A stretch of 64,000 nucleotides of DNA from Octopus vulgaris (GCA_951406725.2 OX597817.1:89218001-89282000); one strand, 5' to 3'. Numbered from the stretch's first letter, positions 28,413 through 42,120 are shown. The notes: generated by a model not told the origin, from the letters alone. Made by a program: numbers and translations.

Positions 28413-28643
28413 GGCGGCGAGCTAGCAGAATCGTTAGCACGTCGGGCGAAATGCTTAGCGGTATTTCGTCTGCCGTTACGTTGTGAGTTCAAATTCCACC
28501 GAGGTCGACTTTGCCTTTCATCCTTTCGGGGTCGATAAATTAAGTACCAGTTAAGCACTGGGGTCGATATAATCGACTTAATACCTATGTCTGTCCATGT
28601 TTGTCCCCTCTATGTTCAGCCCCTTGTGGGTAATAAAGAAATA
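28413..28643 (+). mobile_element. tRNA-derived SINE family B, full length, 15-bp TSD
   Basis: Head GGCGGCGAGCTAGCAGAATCG, B box GAGTTCAAATTCC and tail CCCCTTGTGGGTAATAAAGAAATA. The TSD GGTATGAACTAGTGT is at 28378-28392 and 28644-28658. Confidence 0.93.
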
Positions 28644-28827
28644 GGTATGAACTAGTGTTTCAAATATTCATTGAAGACCTGTTTGTTTAAACTTTACTTA
28701 TTCATTAAAGATTTTCATATTTTCAAACTAGTAACACGCATACACACACACACACATATATGTACCCGCGCATGAACATTTGCGTGTGTGCGTGTGTATG
28801 TACAATGTATATGTGTATGTGTGTGTA

Positions 28828-28872
<45 letters not shown>

Positions 28873-29546
28873 TAAATACATACATACACACACACGCACG
28901 TACATATTTTATATGCACATATACATGCATATTTATACAAGTGGATATCTATATCTGTATATATAGATGTATAAATGTATGTGTATATATATGTATGAGT
29001 GGGTGTGTATGTGCATGTATTTACCCTCTCTCTCTCTCTCTCACGCATACACACACACGTGTGCACATGTACAAGAAGGATATGCACAACTGTTTTAATC
29101 AATCTAGTGGTGTAACGCAAGGGTTTAAGGCATGTTGTGAAAATTATTTTAATTTGAAATTACAAACATTAAACATTACAACCATTAGCTTCACATATAC
29201 CGCTTTTCAAGCAGTCAATGAAATAATTGTGTGATACATCAATCCACGTTCGAAGAAATATATAAAAAAAATTTCATAAGTTTGCGCACATTAAAAATCC
29301 GGCGTTTTTTTTTTATGATCAAATAACAAAAAGATTAGCAGGTGACAGACTTGGTACTCTGATATACAATAAGGCGCCAAATACATCAAAAGACTTTATA
29401 TTATTAACGTGTCTATTCAATCGCTTTTATAATTTATTCTATGATATAACTATAAAATTGCTACGTTTATTAAATTGATAGCTGGAAAATCGGTAAAATG
29501 CGAAACTAATAGTCGTAATCCATGTAATTTCAGCTCAAAGTAATAC

Positions 29547-29600
<54 letters not shown>

Positions 29601-29876
29601 ACACACACACATTTCTATGTATATATATGTATATGTATATATGAGTGTATATATGTGCATATAAATGTACATATATATGTATACACATATATGTATGTAT
29701 ATATGTATATATGCATACACCTGTGTTTGTAAGCGTGTGTGTGTGTATTATACATACATGTATATATATGCATATCTATCTATATATATACACACTTATA
29801 CACGTGTATACATGTATATATATATATTCTATGATATATAAACCCCTCTGTGTTTAGCCCCTTGTGGGTAGTAAAG

Positions 29877-29927
<51 letters not shown>

Positions 29928-30103
29928 CATACATGTATATATATACATATATATGCTGGGAGGACGGGCAGAAAAGGAAACAGAGAGAAAGAGAGATGTG
30001 CATAATAAAGGATGGTATGAAAAAGATGCAATCAGCGAAGGAAAACAAAGATCAATACATATATACACCGTCCCGTACGGATATACACGCTCACGCACAC
30101 ACA

Positions 30104-30199
<96 letters not shown>

Positions 30200-30326
30200 G
30201 AGGCACACACAGAGATTGTATGGGTATGTGTTTGTGAGTGTAAGATTATACGTGAATGTGCATAGAACGAGACTGAAAGAAAGCTATAGATAGATAAATC
30301 GGTCTACACACGCGCACACACACACA

Positions 30327-30369
<43 letters not shown>

Positions 30370-30742
30370 GCACGCTCTCACACACCCATGCACGCACTCA
30401 CAAACACAGACACGCTGTCCCTCTTACGCACGCACATATATAAATACATGCATATATTCATAATAGTCAGACAGGCACAAAGATAGAAGGATAGATAGAC
30501 AGATAGATAGACATCCAATGGATAGGTAGACAGATGAATTGCAACAGAGGCAACAACAAAAACACCAGCAACAGCAACAAGTAACAACAACAACAGCAGT
30601 AGAAGCAGCAGCAAAGCAGTAGAAGCAGTGTTAGTAGTAGTACTAGTAGTGGTAAGTGAACAGACATCAGCGGTCATTCAACTTTCCGATTATCGATCTG
30701 TAGTTCTTGGGTGGTTGCCGATCATTGCATGTATGTGTGTGT

Positions 30743-30790
<48 letters not shown>

Positions 30791-30866
30791 TGTATGTATG
30801 TATATATATATATATATGCATGTATGTATGTATATATATATATGCATGTATGTATGTATATATAGG

Positions 30867-30937
<71 letters not shown>

Positions 30938-30955
30938 TACCCCACAACTCCACTT

Positions 30956-30996
<41 letters not shown>

Positions 30997-31092
30997 GTAT
31001 ACATATGCATATATGCATATATGCATTCATACCCAAATACATGCATATTACACACGGACACATATATACACGCATATACATGCATTATATGT

Positions 31093-31127
<35 letters not shown>

Positions 31128-31217
31128 GATTAAGTACCATTTGCGTACTGAGGTCGATCTAATCGACATGCCCCCTCCCTCAAAATTTCGGGCCTTGTGC
31201 CTAGAGTAGAAAAAATA

Positions 31218-31363
<146 letters not shown>

Positions 31364-31465
31364 TATATATATATGTATGTATGTGTGTGTGTATGCATAT
31401 ACATACATATACATACATACGCATATATATGTGTATATATATATATATAATATATATATATATAT

Positions 31466-34088
31466 GTAAAGTTAATCCAAACAAGAAAACAAAAATGCAA
31501 CAACACAAGGCTGTGGAACAAATAAAGTATTATTGGACGCTCAGGAAAGAAGGGAAGAAGGAGGGTTTGACGTTTCGAGCGGAGCTCTTCGTCGGAAACA
31601 TAGGAGAAAGAAAGATCCCGAGACGGGAGGACAGAGGGGAAAAAATTGCAGGTAGTATTCACGAGGTCACATACTAAAAAGACGGAAGTGGTAAAAATGG
31701 AGGAAAATGTTTTTAAAAACAAGAGAGCTGAATCAAAGAAGGAATGGTAAAAAAGGTGTGCAAGTAGACAAGGGTGTGGATGTGAGTGTGTGCGTGTGTG
31801 TGTATGGTGCACAATGGCTAGTAGCAAGCAGTAGTAAAATTAAGGAGTGGTGTGGGGGTACCCTAGCAAGTCAGAAAGGCAGGTCAGAAACAGGGAGGTA
31901 TGTGTGTGTGCGTGTATATGTATCGTGTGTGTGTTTTGTTGTAGTATGTGTGTGTGTACGTGTGCGTTTTTTTGTGTGTATGGCGAGTAACTGTGCTTAA
32001 CTTAGTGTATGTGTGCGTGTGTACTTGTACGTGCGTGTGTGTGTGTATGCATGTATGTGTGAATGCGTGTATGTGTGCATGTGTGAGTGTGTGTATGTAT
32101 GTATGTATGTAAGTATGTGTGTACGTATGTGTGTGTGTGTATGTGTGTATGTATATGTGTATATGCGTATGTATGTGTGTATGTATGTGTATATATATAT
32201 GTATGTGTATGTATGTGTGTATGTGTGTGTGTATGTATGTATGTGTATATGTATGTGTGTATGTATGTATCTGTGTGTGTATGTGTATGTTTGTTTGTTT
32301 GTGTGTGTATGTATGTATGTATGTATGTATGTATGTGTGATTAAGTGTGTGAATGTATGTGTGTATGTGTGTGTGTGAATGTATGCGTGTGTGCATGGGG
32401 TTTCCTCTGGGGTTGTGTGGGCGTAATGTACATGCGCGTGACGTGCGTGTATGTGTGTGTGTGTGTCTCTACTGGGTGTTTGTAAAGGTGTGCGTATCTG
32501 TATGGGTATTGTGTTGTTGGTGTGTGTGCACGGGCATGTGTGTGTGCGTTTGTGTGTGTGTGTGTGTGGGGGGGGGTGTATAGTTGTGGAAGTATGTGTG
32601 CGTACAAGTAGGTTGTATGTGTGTAGTGTGTTGGAGGTAGGTGTGTTGGAAGTAGGTATGTGGTGGGTGTTCGTGGATACGTAGGTATGCGTGTGTGTGT
32701 TTCTGTATAAGGATTTTTAAAAAAAGGAGAGGGGGCAGGAGAGAGAGAGAGGTGGAGCGCAGCCACTAAGAGGGGGGGGCTGTGTTGAGTTCGTGTGGGG
32801 TATTGATTTGTAGAGTGAAGATGAAGCGTTGCTCCAAGTGGAGCCTGGATTGTGGAAGACTGTTGTGCGGGGCGAGACCAAACACTGGGATGTCGTCGGG
32901 GGAATGGCTGGCCGAGCGGAAGTGACGTGCGACGGGAGAAAAAGACCGCAGGCAAACGTCCCTCAGATGTTCGGCGAATCGGTCTGACAAACGGCGTCCC
33001 GTCTGTCCTATATACAGCATTCCGCAGAGGTTGCATTTAATACAGTATATAAGGCCAGACGAAGTGCACGTAAAAGAATGTCTGATACGTACAGTTCGCT
33101 GGTTGGAGCCGGTGACTGCAGTGGTGTTGGTGATGAAGGGGCAGGTGTTGCAGCGGGATCTAGAGCACGGGAATGATCCGTGTGGGGCTGAGGGGGAAGA
33201 AGAGAGGGTGCTATGGACCAGGAGGTCGCGTAGATTCCGGGCTCGTTTGAAGGAGGACAGGGGTGGATTGGAGAAAATGGGGCGGGTCGTGGGATCGAGC
33301 AGGAGGCGACAGAAGGCACGTAGTATCTCCCGACGACGGGGTAGAGTAGAGGCGTGGAAAAGGAGGGGAAAGGGGGTGCGGTTGGGGGTGGGTGAGAGGA
33401 AGTAGAAAGGGCGGTGGCGCGGTCGATGCGACGCGCGCGGGCGAGGGCATTAGAGATTAGTGTAGGTGGGTATCCTCGGTGCCTGAACAGGCGGGCCAGG
33501 TATTGAGATTGGGTCTCGAAACCCTGGTCGCGGCTGCACAAGCGTCGGAGGCGGAGGAACTGGGAGTAGGGGATGGCCCGTTTGGTGTGGAAGGGGTGGG
33601 AGGAGGAGAAGTTGAGATAGAGGTGGGAATCCATGTGTTTAAAGAAGGCGGAGGTGGTGAGAGAGTGGGAGGGGTGGTCGATGCTGAGAGAGATATCAAG
33701 GAAGTTGACAGAGGTGTTGGAGATGGTTGAAGTGAATTGTAGAGAGGGGAGGCAGTTGGAGAGGAAAGAGATGAATTGGCAGAGAAGTTCGCGGGAAAGG
33801 GAGGTGGTGCCTATGCAGTCGTCTATATAGCGACCGTATAGTTCAGGGGTCGGCCCGGAGAATTGGGAGAATACTTGGGCGTCAATGTAGCCAATTGGCG
33901 AAATTGGGGCCCATTCTCGTTCCCATCGCGACCCCGGACTTCTGTTGGTACGTTTCCCCGGCGAACGTGAAACAGTTGAGGGTGAGGACGAGCTCAGCCA
34001 GGCGGAGAAGGGTGGGAGTGCTGGGGTTGGGGTCGGGATGACTGTCGAAGAAGTGTTGGAGGGCTAAGAGACCGTCGTTGTGGGGAAT
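31466..34088 (-). mobile_element. Penelope-like element 1 (Poseidon-like): 5'-truncated RT + GIY-YIG and microsatellite-rich 3' region
   Basis: IPHNDGL..LAELVLTLNCFTF..QKSGVAMGTRMGPNFAN..YGRYIDDCIG..HPFHTKRAIPYSQFLRLRRLCS..LYIGQTGRRLSDRFAEHLRDV..LEQRFIFTL, with frameshifts. The coding part spans about 32766-34088. Confidence 0.93.
31565..31599 (-). ncRNA. Minimal type I hammerhead ribozyme motif (PLE-associated)
   Basis: The minus strand reads GTTT-CCGACGA-A-GAGC(TCC)GCTC-GAA-ACGT-C-AAAC: stem I, core, stem II, palindromic stem III, cleavage nucleotide and stem I'. Confidence 0.75.
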
Positions 34089-35009
34089 TTAAAGAAGAAT
34101 TCTGATCCTTCCAATAGGTTAGGACATGTTGCACAGTTCGATCTACCACATTTTTTTTTACTTTTGCATCCGTAATTTCAGAAGACAATTTTGCCTTTGT
34201 GAGAATCTTTTTAAGTGATTTAGGCTGTTTGTAGCTTTTAATGATTTGGTGTATGTTATCGAACTGTGCAACATGTCCTAACCTATTGGAAGGATCAGAA
34301 TTCTTCTTTAAAAAGGGACAGAAATTCAAGATCAAATCTAACTTTACTTGTGCCTCTGAAAACATAATTTATGTCATTAAATGCTCGGGCTGCCACCAAG
34401 ACTACGTGGCTTCCACGGGACTATCACTCAGGCGTAGATGCACACTGCATCGACAACAGATTGCATTCCCAGAATATAGAATGATACCTTTTAGTGAACA
34501 CATTGAGAAATGCGCAAAGCAACTACTGCCACAATTTTTAATCTTCCCATTTTACCAATGTGCTTTCGGATCATCAACACAAATGAAACTGAACAAGGAA
34601 ACATTCTTCATTGAAAAGTACAAACCCAGACTCAACCATCCGAACATACTGACACAGAGAAATTAACAAGGGAAAGGAAAAAAATTTTTAAGCGATTATC
34701 TCCCTTACACCGGAAGAAATCACTCACTACCTCCCCTTATTTAGAAATCTCCTGAAAATAAACACAACGATAACTCCATGCAATATAAACATAACGTCAC
34801 AAGAAATTTGAAAAGCTACACGCGAAACCGGTATTTCTTTAAAAATTATGAAATTATGTCATTTTAAGGAAAGGAAAAAAATTTTTCCAATATTCTCCAG
34901 ACATTTTGACACAAATATATATATTTTTTAACATTTAAGCCTTCTGTCGTTTCTTCACTCTTTACTATTTTCTTATATATTCACCCACGTGCTTTACCAA
35001 ACAAACTTT

Positions 35010-35010
<1 letters not shown>
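34087..35010 (+). mobile_element. Penelope-like element 2: GIY-YIG end (34258-34666) with an inverted upstream segment (34087-34257)
   Basis: The + strand reads NCATCPNL..FTCASENIIYVIKCSGCHQDYVASTGLSLRRRCTLHRQQI..ETFFIEKYKPRLN. The minus strand reads IKSYKQPKSLKKILTKAKL. About 55 bp are shared in inverted orientation. Confidence 0.9.
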
Positions 35011-35059
<49 letters not shown>

Positions 35060-35096
35060 CATGTATATACGTGTATATAATATATATATATCTACG

Positions 35097-35345
35097 TTAA
35101 TCATCGGCGTTTAGATTTGGAACTCTTTGAGTTGTTTGGCATGGGTCCATTTCAATAAAGTTCCTGAATTGGTGAGTATCAATCAACTGCAAAAAGTCCG
35201 CCGTGACTCTCATTTTCAACACTCTCGCCTTCACTCTCGAAGTTTCTGGAACCATTCTGACCATATGCTTGATTGATATTGCAAGCAGTATCCACAGCTT
35301 TGCGTTCCATTTCGTACACATGCAATGAATTCCTCGATAGTGGCA
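35097..35345 (-). mobile_element. Mariner transposase N-terminal (HTH) remnant
   Basis: YEMERKAVDTACNINQAYG..FESEGESVENESHGG..IEMDPCQTTQ resembles the mariner HTH region. Confidence 0.65.
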
Positions 35346-36136
35346 TCAATTTTGCCCGTTTTGTTATTTGTATCCCAGTAAGCATTCTATTTAAAATCGA
35401 AAGATCTGATGTGCACAGTGCACAATGGTTTGCAAGTTACTTTGTCTGATAAGTGTGGCTTCAGTAGATATCGATGGTTTTTAGTTCACTATTAACGTTG
35501 TGAAAGGAAATGGTGACGATTATCATTGGGAAAGGTAATAGTAATGATTAGCGTCGGGAAGGGGAAGATAAAAATTAACATTAGATGCATTTACCTTTGT
35601 TATTGCTTCCAATGGGATTGAACTTCCTGGTAGCTGACTGAGGTTTTACAGGTTCAAATTTATTGATAACTTCGTTAACTTTATGTCAGTGTTTACTCTG
35701 GTTTAAAATCTTCTTTTGTATATCAAAATCACTTCCGTCAGATGTATTGAGTGTACATTCTGATGATGTTTCAAATTTTCTTTTGTAGTCAATAAAGAAC
35801 GAAAAAGGCGTTGATTTCATTCTGGGCCTGATGTTACTTGTTTTGAAGAAGTTTATTATATTATTGCTACTTCGAAATGTGGAGCAGACGAAACAGGTAC
35901 AACTGAAGAAGGGGAATAGTCCTTGTGTTGTATGTTTTGTACTCTGCTTTTTCGTTGTTTGAAATAAAGTTCGTTTTCATGTTTCTGTTTTTCTGTTTTC
36001 GTTTCTCATTGCGTTCAACGTTTTTTTGAAGGCCTGTACCCATATATGCATGTATATATACATATAGATGTAGGTAAGTACATATATGTATGTATATATG
36101 CATATATTTATATATTATTTATATTATATATATACT

Positions 36137-36383
36137 CTTTTACTGTTTTACTTGTTTCAGTCATTTGACTGCGGCCATGCTGGAGCAGCGCCTTTAGTCG
36201 AGGAAATCGACCTCCAGGACTTATTCTTTGTAAGCCTAGTACTTATTCTATCGGTCTTTTGCCGAACCGCTAAGTTACGGAGACATAAACACACCAGCAT
36301 TGTTGGGGGGGGGGACACAGATACACAAACACACACACACACATATATATGTATACGACGGGCTTCTTTCAGTTTCCGTCCAT
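36137..36383 (-). mobile_element. SINE family A, 5'-truncated
   Basis: Reverse complement of 37735-38040. Confidence 0.88.
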
Positions 36384-36403
36384 CAAATAGATAGAGAGAG
36401 GGG

Positions 36404-36472
<69 letters not shown>

Positions 36473-36656
36473 GTCGTGATAAATGTCTATGTATTCTTCG
36501 TAGAAGTTCCTTTGCTTTGTCTGGAAATAGGAACAGCTTATTCATAAGGAATATCGCTTTCTTCGAACGATTTTAGTCCTTTGTTTTTTTGTGGGCATTT
36601 TCGGGATTTGAAAATGTGACGGTTTGATTCTTGTATAGTTTTGTTATTTCAGTTCC

Positions 36657-36694
<38 letters not shown>

Positions 36695-37230
36695 GCTTTG
36701 TATGGACCTTATATTTATTCATATGGCCTATATTTTGTCGTGTCAGAGTAAGAGTTGTTGTTCAAAGTTTTAGTTCTATTGACCATGTTGTAGTTAGTTA
36801 AGTTCGCCTTTTGTTGTCTGCGAGAAGAACAGATGAGAGAAGAAAGAGAAAAAGTAAAAGACTTAAGACAAATAGAGAGCAAAATAGTTGTAGTCATGCG
36901 GTGACAAGTCAAACGTAAAGTATTCCCTTTGACTAGAGACCAAGCGAAAGAGGTAGACCTAAATTTGGGTTCCGTATATATATTTTCCCCTGACTAAATT
37001 TCCTCCGGCTAAACAAAGGATTTTCCGTCTCTTACCTGCTTTGACTTAAATTTCATTCGAAATGGTCAGTTAAAGAATAGAACGTATGTATATGTTAACA
37101 GTCAACTTCCATAAATTTCAAAGTGCAAAAGGCGAAAACCGAGAACAATAAAATGCATCTCGTAGAAAGATCTAGACTGGGTTTCGAAACTTGGCAAAGA
37201 ATCTAGCAAGCTATTCACCACACACACACA

Positions 37231-37287
<57 letters not shown>

Positions 37288-37415
37288 CACGCACACACAC
37301 ACAACACGCACACACATCTGTGTGTGTATATGCATATATATATATGTGTGTGTGTGTGTGTGCGTGTGTGCATGTATGTGCATACATGTATGTATGCATG
37401 TATGTATGTATGTAT

Positions 37416-37523
37416 GACTATTCAGCTTTATTTCAAGACTTCTTGCCAACAGAGAAAGAGCCGGAACCTAACCCAGATCCAAGAGTCCTTCATTGGAATT
37501 TTAACAGCATCAACAGGGCATTT
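37416..37523 (-). mobile_element. 3' UTR fragment of the (TACA)n-associated REL LINE
   Basis: Reverse complement of 52590-52700; (TATG)n on both sides. Confidence 0.85.
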
Positions 37524-37598
37524 TTGTATGTATGTATGTATGTATGTATCTGTTTTATCTTTTACTTGTTTCAGTCATTTGAAGTACATACATACATA

Positions 37599-37766
37599 GG
37601 CGCAGGAGTGGCTGTGTGGTAAGTAGCTTGCTAACCAACCCCATGGTTGCGGGTTCAGTCCCACTGCGTGGAATCTTGGGCATCTTGGGCATATAGCCCC
37701 GGGCCGACCAATGCCTTGTGAGTGGATTTGGTAGACGGAAACTGAAAGAAGCCTGTCGTATATATG

Positions 37767-37833
<67 letters not shown>

Positions 37834-38046
37834 TGTGTCTGTGTTTGTCCCCCTAGCATTGCTTGACAACCGATGCTGGTGTGTTTACGTCCCCGTCACT
37901 TAGCGGTTCGGCAAAAGAGACGGATAGAATAAGTACTGGGCTTACAAAGAATAAGTCCCGGGGTCGATTTGATCGACTAAAGGCGGTACTCCAGCATGGC
38001 CGCAGTCATGACTGAAATGACTGAAACAAGTAAAAGAGTAAAAGAG
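37599..38046 (+). mobile_element. tRNA-derived SINE family A, near full length
   Basis: A box TGGCTGTGTGG, B box GGTTCAGTCCC, internal (TA)n(TG)n and 3' end TGACTGAAACAAGTAAAAGA. Confidence 0.92.
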
Positions 38047-38050
38047 AGAG

Positions 38051-38104
<54 letters not shown>

Positions 38105-38778
38105 ATCTATCTATCTATCTATCTATCTATATATTCGACAGGCTTCTTTCAGTTTCCGTCTACCAAATTTACTTACAAGGTTATAGTAGGCCCAAGGCTG
38201 TAGCAGCTCAAAATCGCGATTATTATTTGCATTATCTGTTCATGAGTAATGCTTATGTGTATAGGCAGTTGTGAACCATACGGAGCTATTCGGTAGAACT
38301 TCGTTTATTTTGTGGTAGAAAGACATATAAGTGCTCAGTAGAACTTGATGCTGAATGTGCGTAGCGTCTAATATATGTTAAAATGTCATAGAAACAAGGA
38401 TTACTAAACACGAAACAGTTTTACGCTATTGCTCCTCCTGCCGACCAGACACGCCAGGTGGTTAGAAAGTTATAAAATGACAGGTGGTGCATGCTATGTG
38501 AACCGTTAGCAAGGACAGAGGAAAGTAATTTTCGAAATCACAGAGGTCATAAGTGAAGACATCTGCCAAAGGTGGTATGCAGTGGGAGTGTACTTAGAAC
38601 AGTTTGTTTGCTAATTAAACATTTTAACCACTCAACTACTCATTCATTCCCTCCCTCTCACTCACTCACTCACTCACTCACTCACTCACTCACTAACTCA
38701 CTCACTCACTCACTCACTCACTCACTCACTCACTCACTCACTCACTCACTCACTCACTCATTCACTCACTATCTATCA

Positions 38779-38822
<44 letters not shown>

Positions 38823-38999
38823 CGGTCTATTTTGCCGAACCGCTAAGTGACGGGGACGCAAACACACCAACATCAGTTGTCAAATGATGGTGGGGTACAA
38901 ACACAGACACAAATAACAAACATACAAATATACATTTAATATACGCATAGGCGCAAATATATATATATATGATTGTATATATATGCAGTGTTAATACCA

Positions 39000-41102
39000 G
39001 TTCGTAATATGTATATATGTATGGACCATACCCACCCAAGACCCTGAGAACAACGGTCAGGTGAAAAGGACTATTGCACTTGCAATAGGGGCTAGCATAA
39101 GAACCACCTTGAAGAACCACATAGTAAAGTTTAACAAGAAACTATACATACAGGTTAGAGGTGCAGCCATTGGTGTCGGTGTAGTTGGAGATGTGACCAG
39201 CCTCTTCATGACTTAGTGGGACAGAAAACTTAAGCAACCCTTAGCAGAACAGTCCACTACTGTTTTACTTTACTGTATGTATGTAGATGATATTAATATT
39301 CTAGTTAGGACAGGCTCAAGTAACTGCAATGTAGAAACCGAGAGGAGCACAATGAATAGCATCTAACATGTAGCTAACTCCATCCACCAAAGTATCAAGG
39401 TAGTTTTAGATTATCCCACTAGGTACCCTAACAATAGACTCCCAGTCCTTGATACTGAACTTTGGTTAGACACTGTGAACAACAGAGTGCAACTAAGTAC
39501 CAGTTGTGTACTGGGGTCGATCTAACCGACTGGAGCCCTCCCCAAAATTCGGGCCTTGTGCTTTGAGTAGAAAAGAATCGTTAGCATGCCGGGCAAAATA
39601 CTTAGCAGCATTTTGTTCGTCTTTAGGTCCTTGAGTTCAAATTCCGCTGAGGTCGACATTCCCTTTTATCCTTTTGGGGGTCGATAAAATAAATAGCGGT
39701 TGAACATTAGACTCGATGTAAACGACTTATCACCTTCGCCGAAATTGCTGGCCTTGTGCCAAAATTTGAAACCACTTTTATGTTTTGTACAGTGCTTGTG
39801 AGGAACGTATGTAAGCTTTTGTTATATATACTTAGGTAGAATGTACTCGTGTCATCTATGTATACACACGCGAGAACACCTTCCGCCTGTACAATCATTT
39901 CGACTCACTTTTATATTGCCACACACACACATACACACACACGCACACACACATACACATACACACACACAGAGAAAGCGACTTAATATTGGAGTGCATA
40001 GCTAATAGCAGGGGAGGTGTGACGGAGTGTGCACCTTCTCACCTGCAGGATAATACTACAATAGACAACAAGGGTATTATACCCGGCTGGGTAAATGGGT
40101 ATGATGGGTATTGAGTGGAAGTATAGGTAGGGGATGGCGGGATTGGGGAGGAGTGGGACACGAGATTGTTGCGATTGTAGCTGCTGCCAGCTGATTATTG
40201 CAACCCAGATCTACACCCCCAACCTTCTCTCCTATTACATGAATCCCATAGCTTCTAAATATGTTGGTCACAAGGACTCCGCTTTGTCATACAACATGAA
40301 AATCAACATACTGATAGCAGACTTCGTTAGGATAATGAACAACGTGTCCCTACTATACGAACCATATAAAACAAAAAAAACTTCATGCACCGCATGCAAT
40401 TCTCTGGATATGATCAGAAATATAGGGTTCGGGTATACAGGGGTGCTAGAAAGACGTTAGATAGCATCATAAGTAATGAAACTAGTGGTATCTATCCTAG
40501 ATTATAGAAGTTAAGAGTGGAATAGGATACAAAGAGTCTGTGACAAAGCAAACAGGGTGAACACGTAGTACAAGACTGACAAATATTAAGGAGTGATGTT
40601 TGTGGAGGCCACAACCCATGGAGAACTAACCAGTAGATTTAGGAAAGCTCTGAAGGATGCTAAACTCGACATTAAGATAGTTGAAAAGCCAAGGAGCTCC
40701 ATTAGATCACAACTATTTAGGACGTACCCCTTTGAGAATACCATATGCACTAATGATAACTTCATGGTATGTAGGATTAACCCTGTCATTAACTGTAGAA
40801 CTAGAAGTGTAGTATACAGCTTAAGGTGCATAGAAGGTGCTTGTAAAGACAAGAACAGACTATACATAGGCGAGATATCTAGGACCATTGCGGAGAGACT
40901 AAATGAACATCTAAGACAATATGATGACAAAATACAACCCTCCATACTCTACCAACATACCAAAGACCAACATGGAGGCACACTGGGTCAACTTGACATC
41001 CGCATTTTAACCAAGCACCCAAAGGACCCAACACTCAGAAAAGTACAAGAGTACGTCGTCATTAATGAAACATCCTCAGTACTAAACAGGAAATATACAT
41101 AG
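39000..41102 (+). mobile_element. Penelope-like element 3 (RT + GIY-YIG), interrupted at 39491-40219
   Basis: YIQVRGAAIG..MYVDDINI..ANSIHQSIKV..RLPVLDTELW, then after the insertion LSYYMNPIASKYVGHKDSAL..RSVVYSLRC..LYIGEISRTIAERLNEH. Confidence 0.85.
39491..40219 (-). repeat. Inverted duplicate of 42833-43730
   Basis: Colinear reverse-complement match; ORF-track peptides 39707-39898(-) and 43136-43327(+) differ at one residue. Confidence 0.93.
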
Positions 41103-41324
41103 ATGTCATACCCCCATACCCACACTTTATATATGCACAGATGTTGTTAGTAGGTCGTTATGTAGGCGTTTGTGTGTGTAGGTGTATGTGTCTGTGTGTG
41201 TGCTTGTGTGTATATGTAAATATATATATGTGGGTAAATGGATACGCATATGGACAGGTTGATATACACATAGATAGGTACATAGATAATATGCACAGAC
41301 GGGCACAAAGACACACATACACAC

Positions 41325-41355
<31 letters not shown>

Positions 41356-42120
41356 CATACATACATACATACAAATGAAGACTGAATCACATGACCATAT
41401 ACACACACGCATACTTCACACAAGGACACATATGGAGACACACATCCATACATAACAGACGCACATACATAGTCACACAAACCCAAACACAGACACACTC
41501 AAATATACACACAACGAGACAGAGGTACACACAGAAACACACACACATATAGACAGACAGTCAGACAGACACGTGCGCGCACACACACACACACACAAAC
41601 ACAAACACACAAACATGAACACGCAAGCACATGGATATGCGGAATACATACATACAAACGTGCACACATGCTTACATATATATATGCGCATACACACACA
41701 CGTGCATGCATACACACAAACATGTAGAATGCATACATACAAACGTGCATATATGCATATGTATATGCACAAACACACATACATGCATACTCACACATAC
41801 ATGAATACACACATACATACATACACACATGCACACACATACATATGTGTATGCATACGCTCACTAACGCACACGCATGCGTACAAAAAAACGCAATTCC
41901 GGTAACTGACCGAGTCAAGGACTATTGAAAAGGTTGGAAGTTGCAACGAAGAGTTTAATAAAAATAAATAAGTAAATGAGTGGAAATCGGACCGGTGTGT
42001 GTGTTAAATGAATTAAAGCGCTAAAAGAGAATGACTCTCCCCAGACACAATAAGATATGCTTCAACACACGAAATCACATAAAGAATTTTGCAAACCAAA
42101 TGCAAAAACGAAAAACCAAA

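Noticed and set aside
35826-36040. CTGAAGA/CTGATGA motifs in a small repeat that also occurs at 44700-44860(-)
   Set aside because: Probably another PLE 3'-end family, but the stems cannot be assembled into a hammerhead in these copies.
41893-41944. Possible hammerhead of PLE 3 (CTGACCGA-GTCAAGGAC-TATTGAAA within a GCAATTCC/GGAAGTTGC stem)
   Set aside because: Core spacing and stem III do not fit; it is too degenerate to call without a family consensus.
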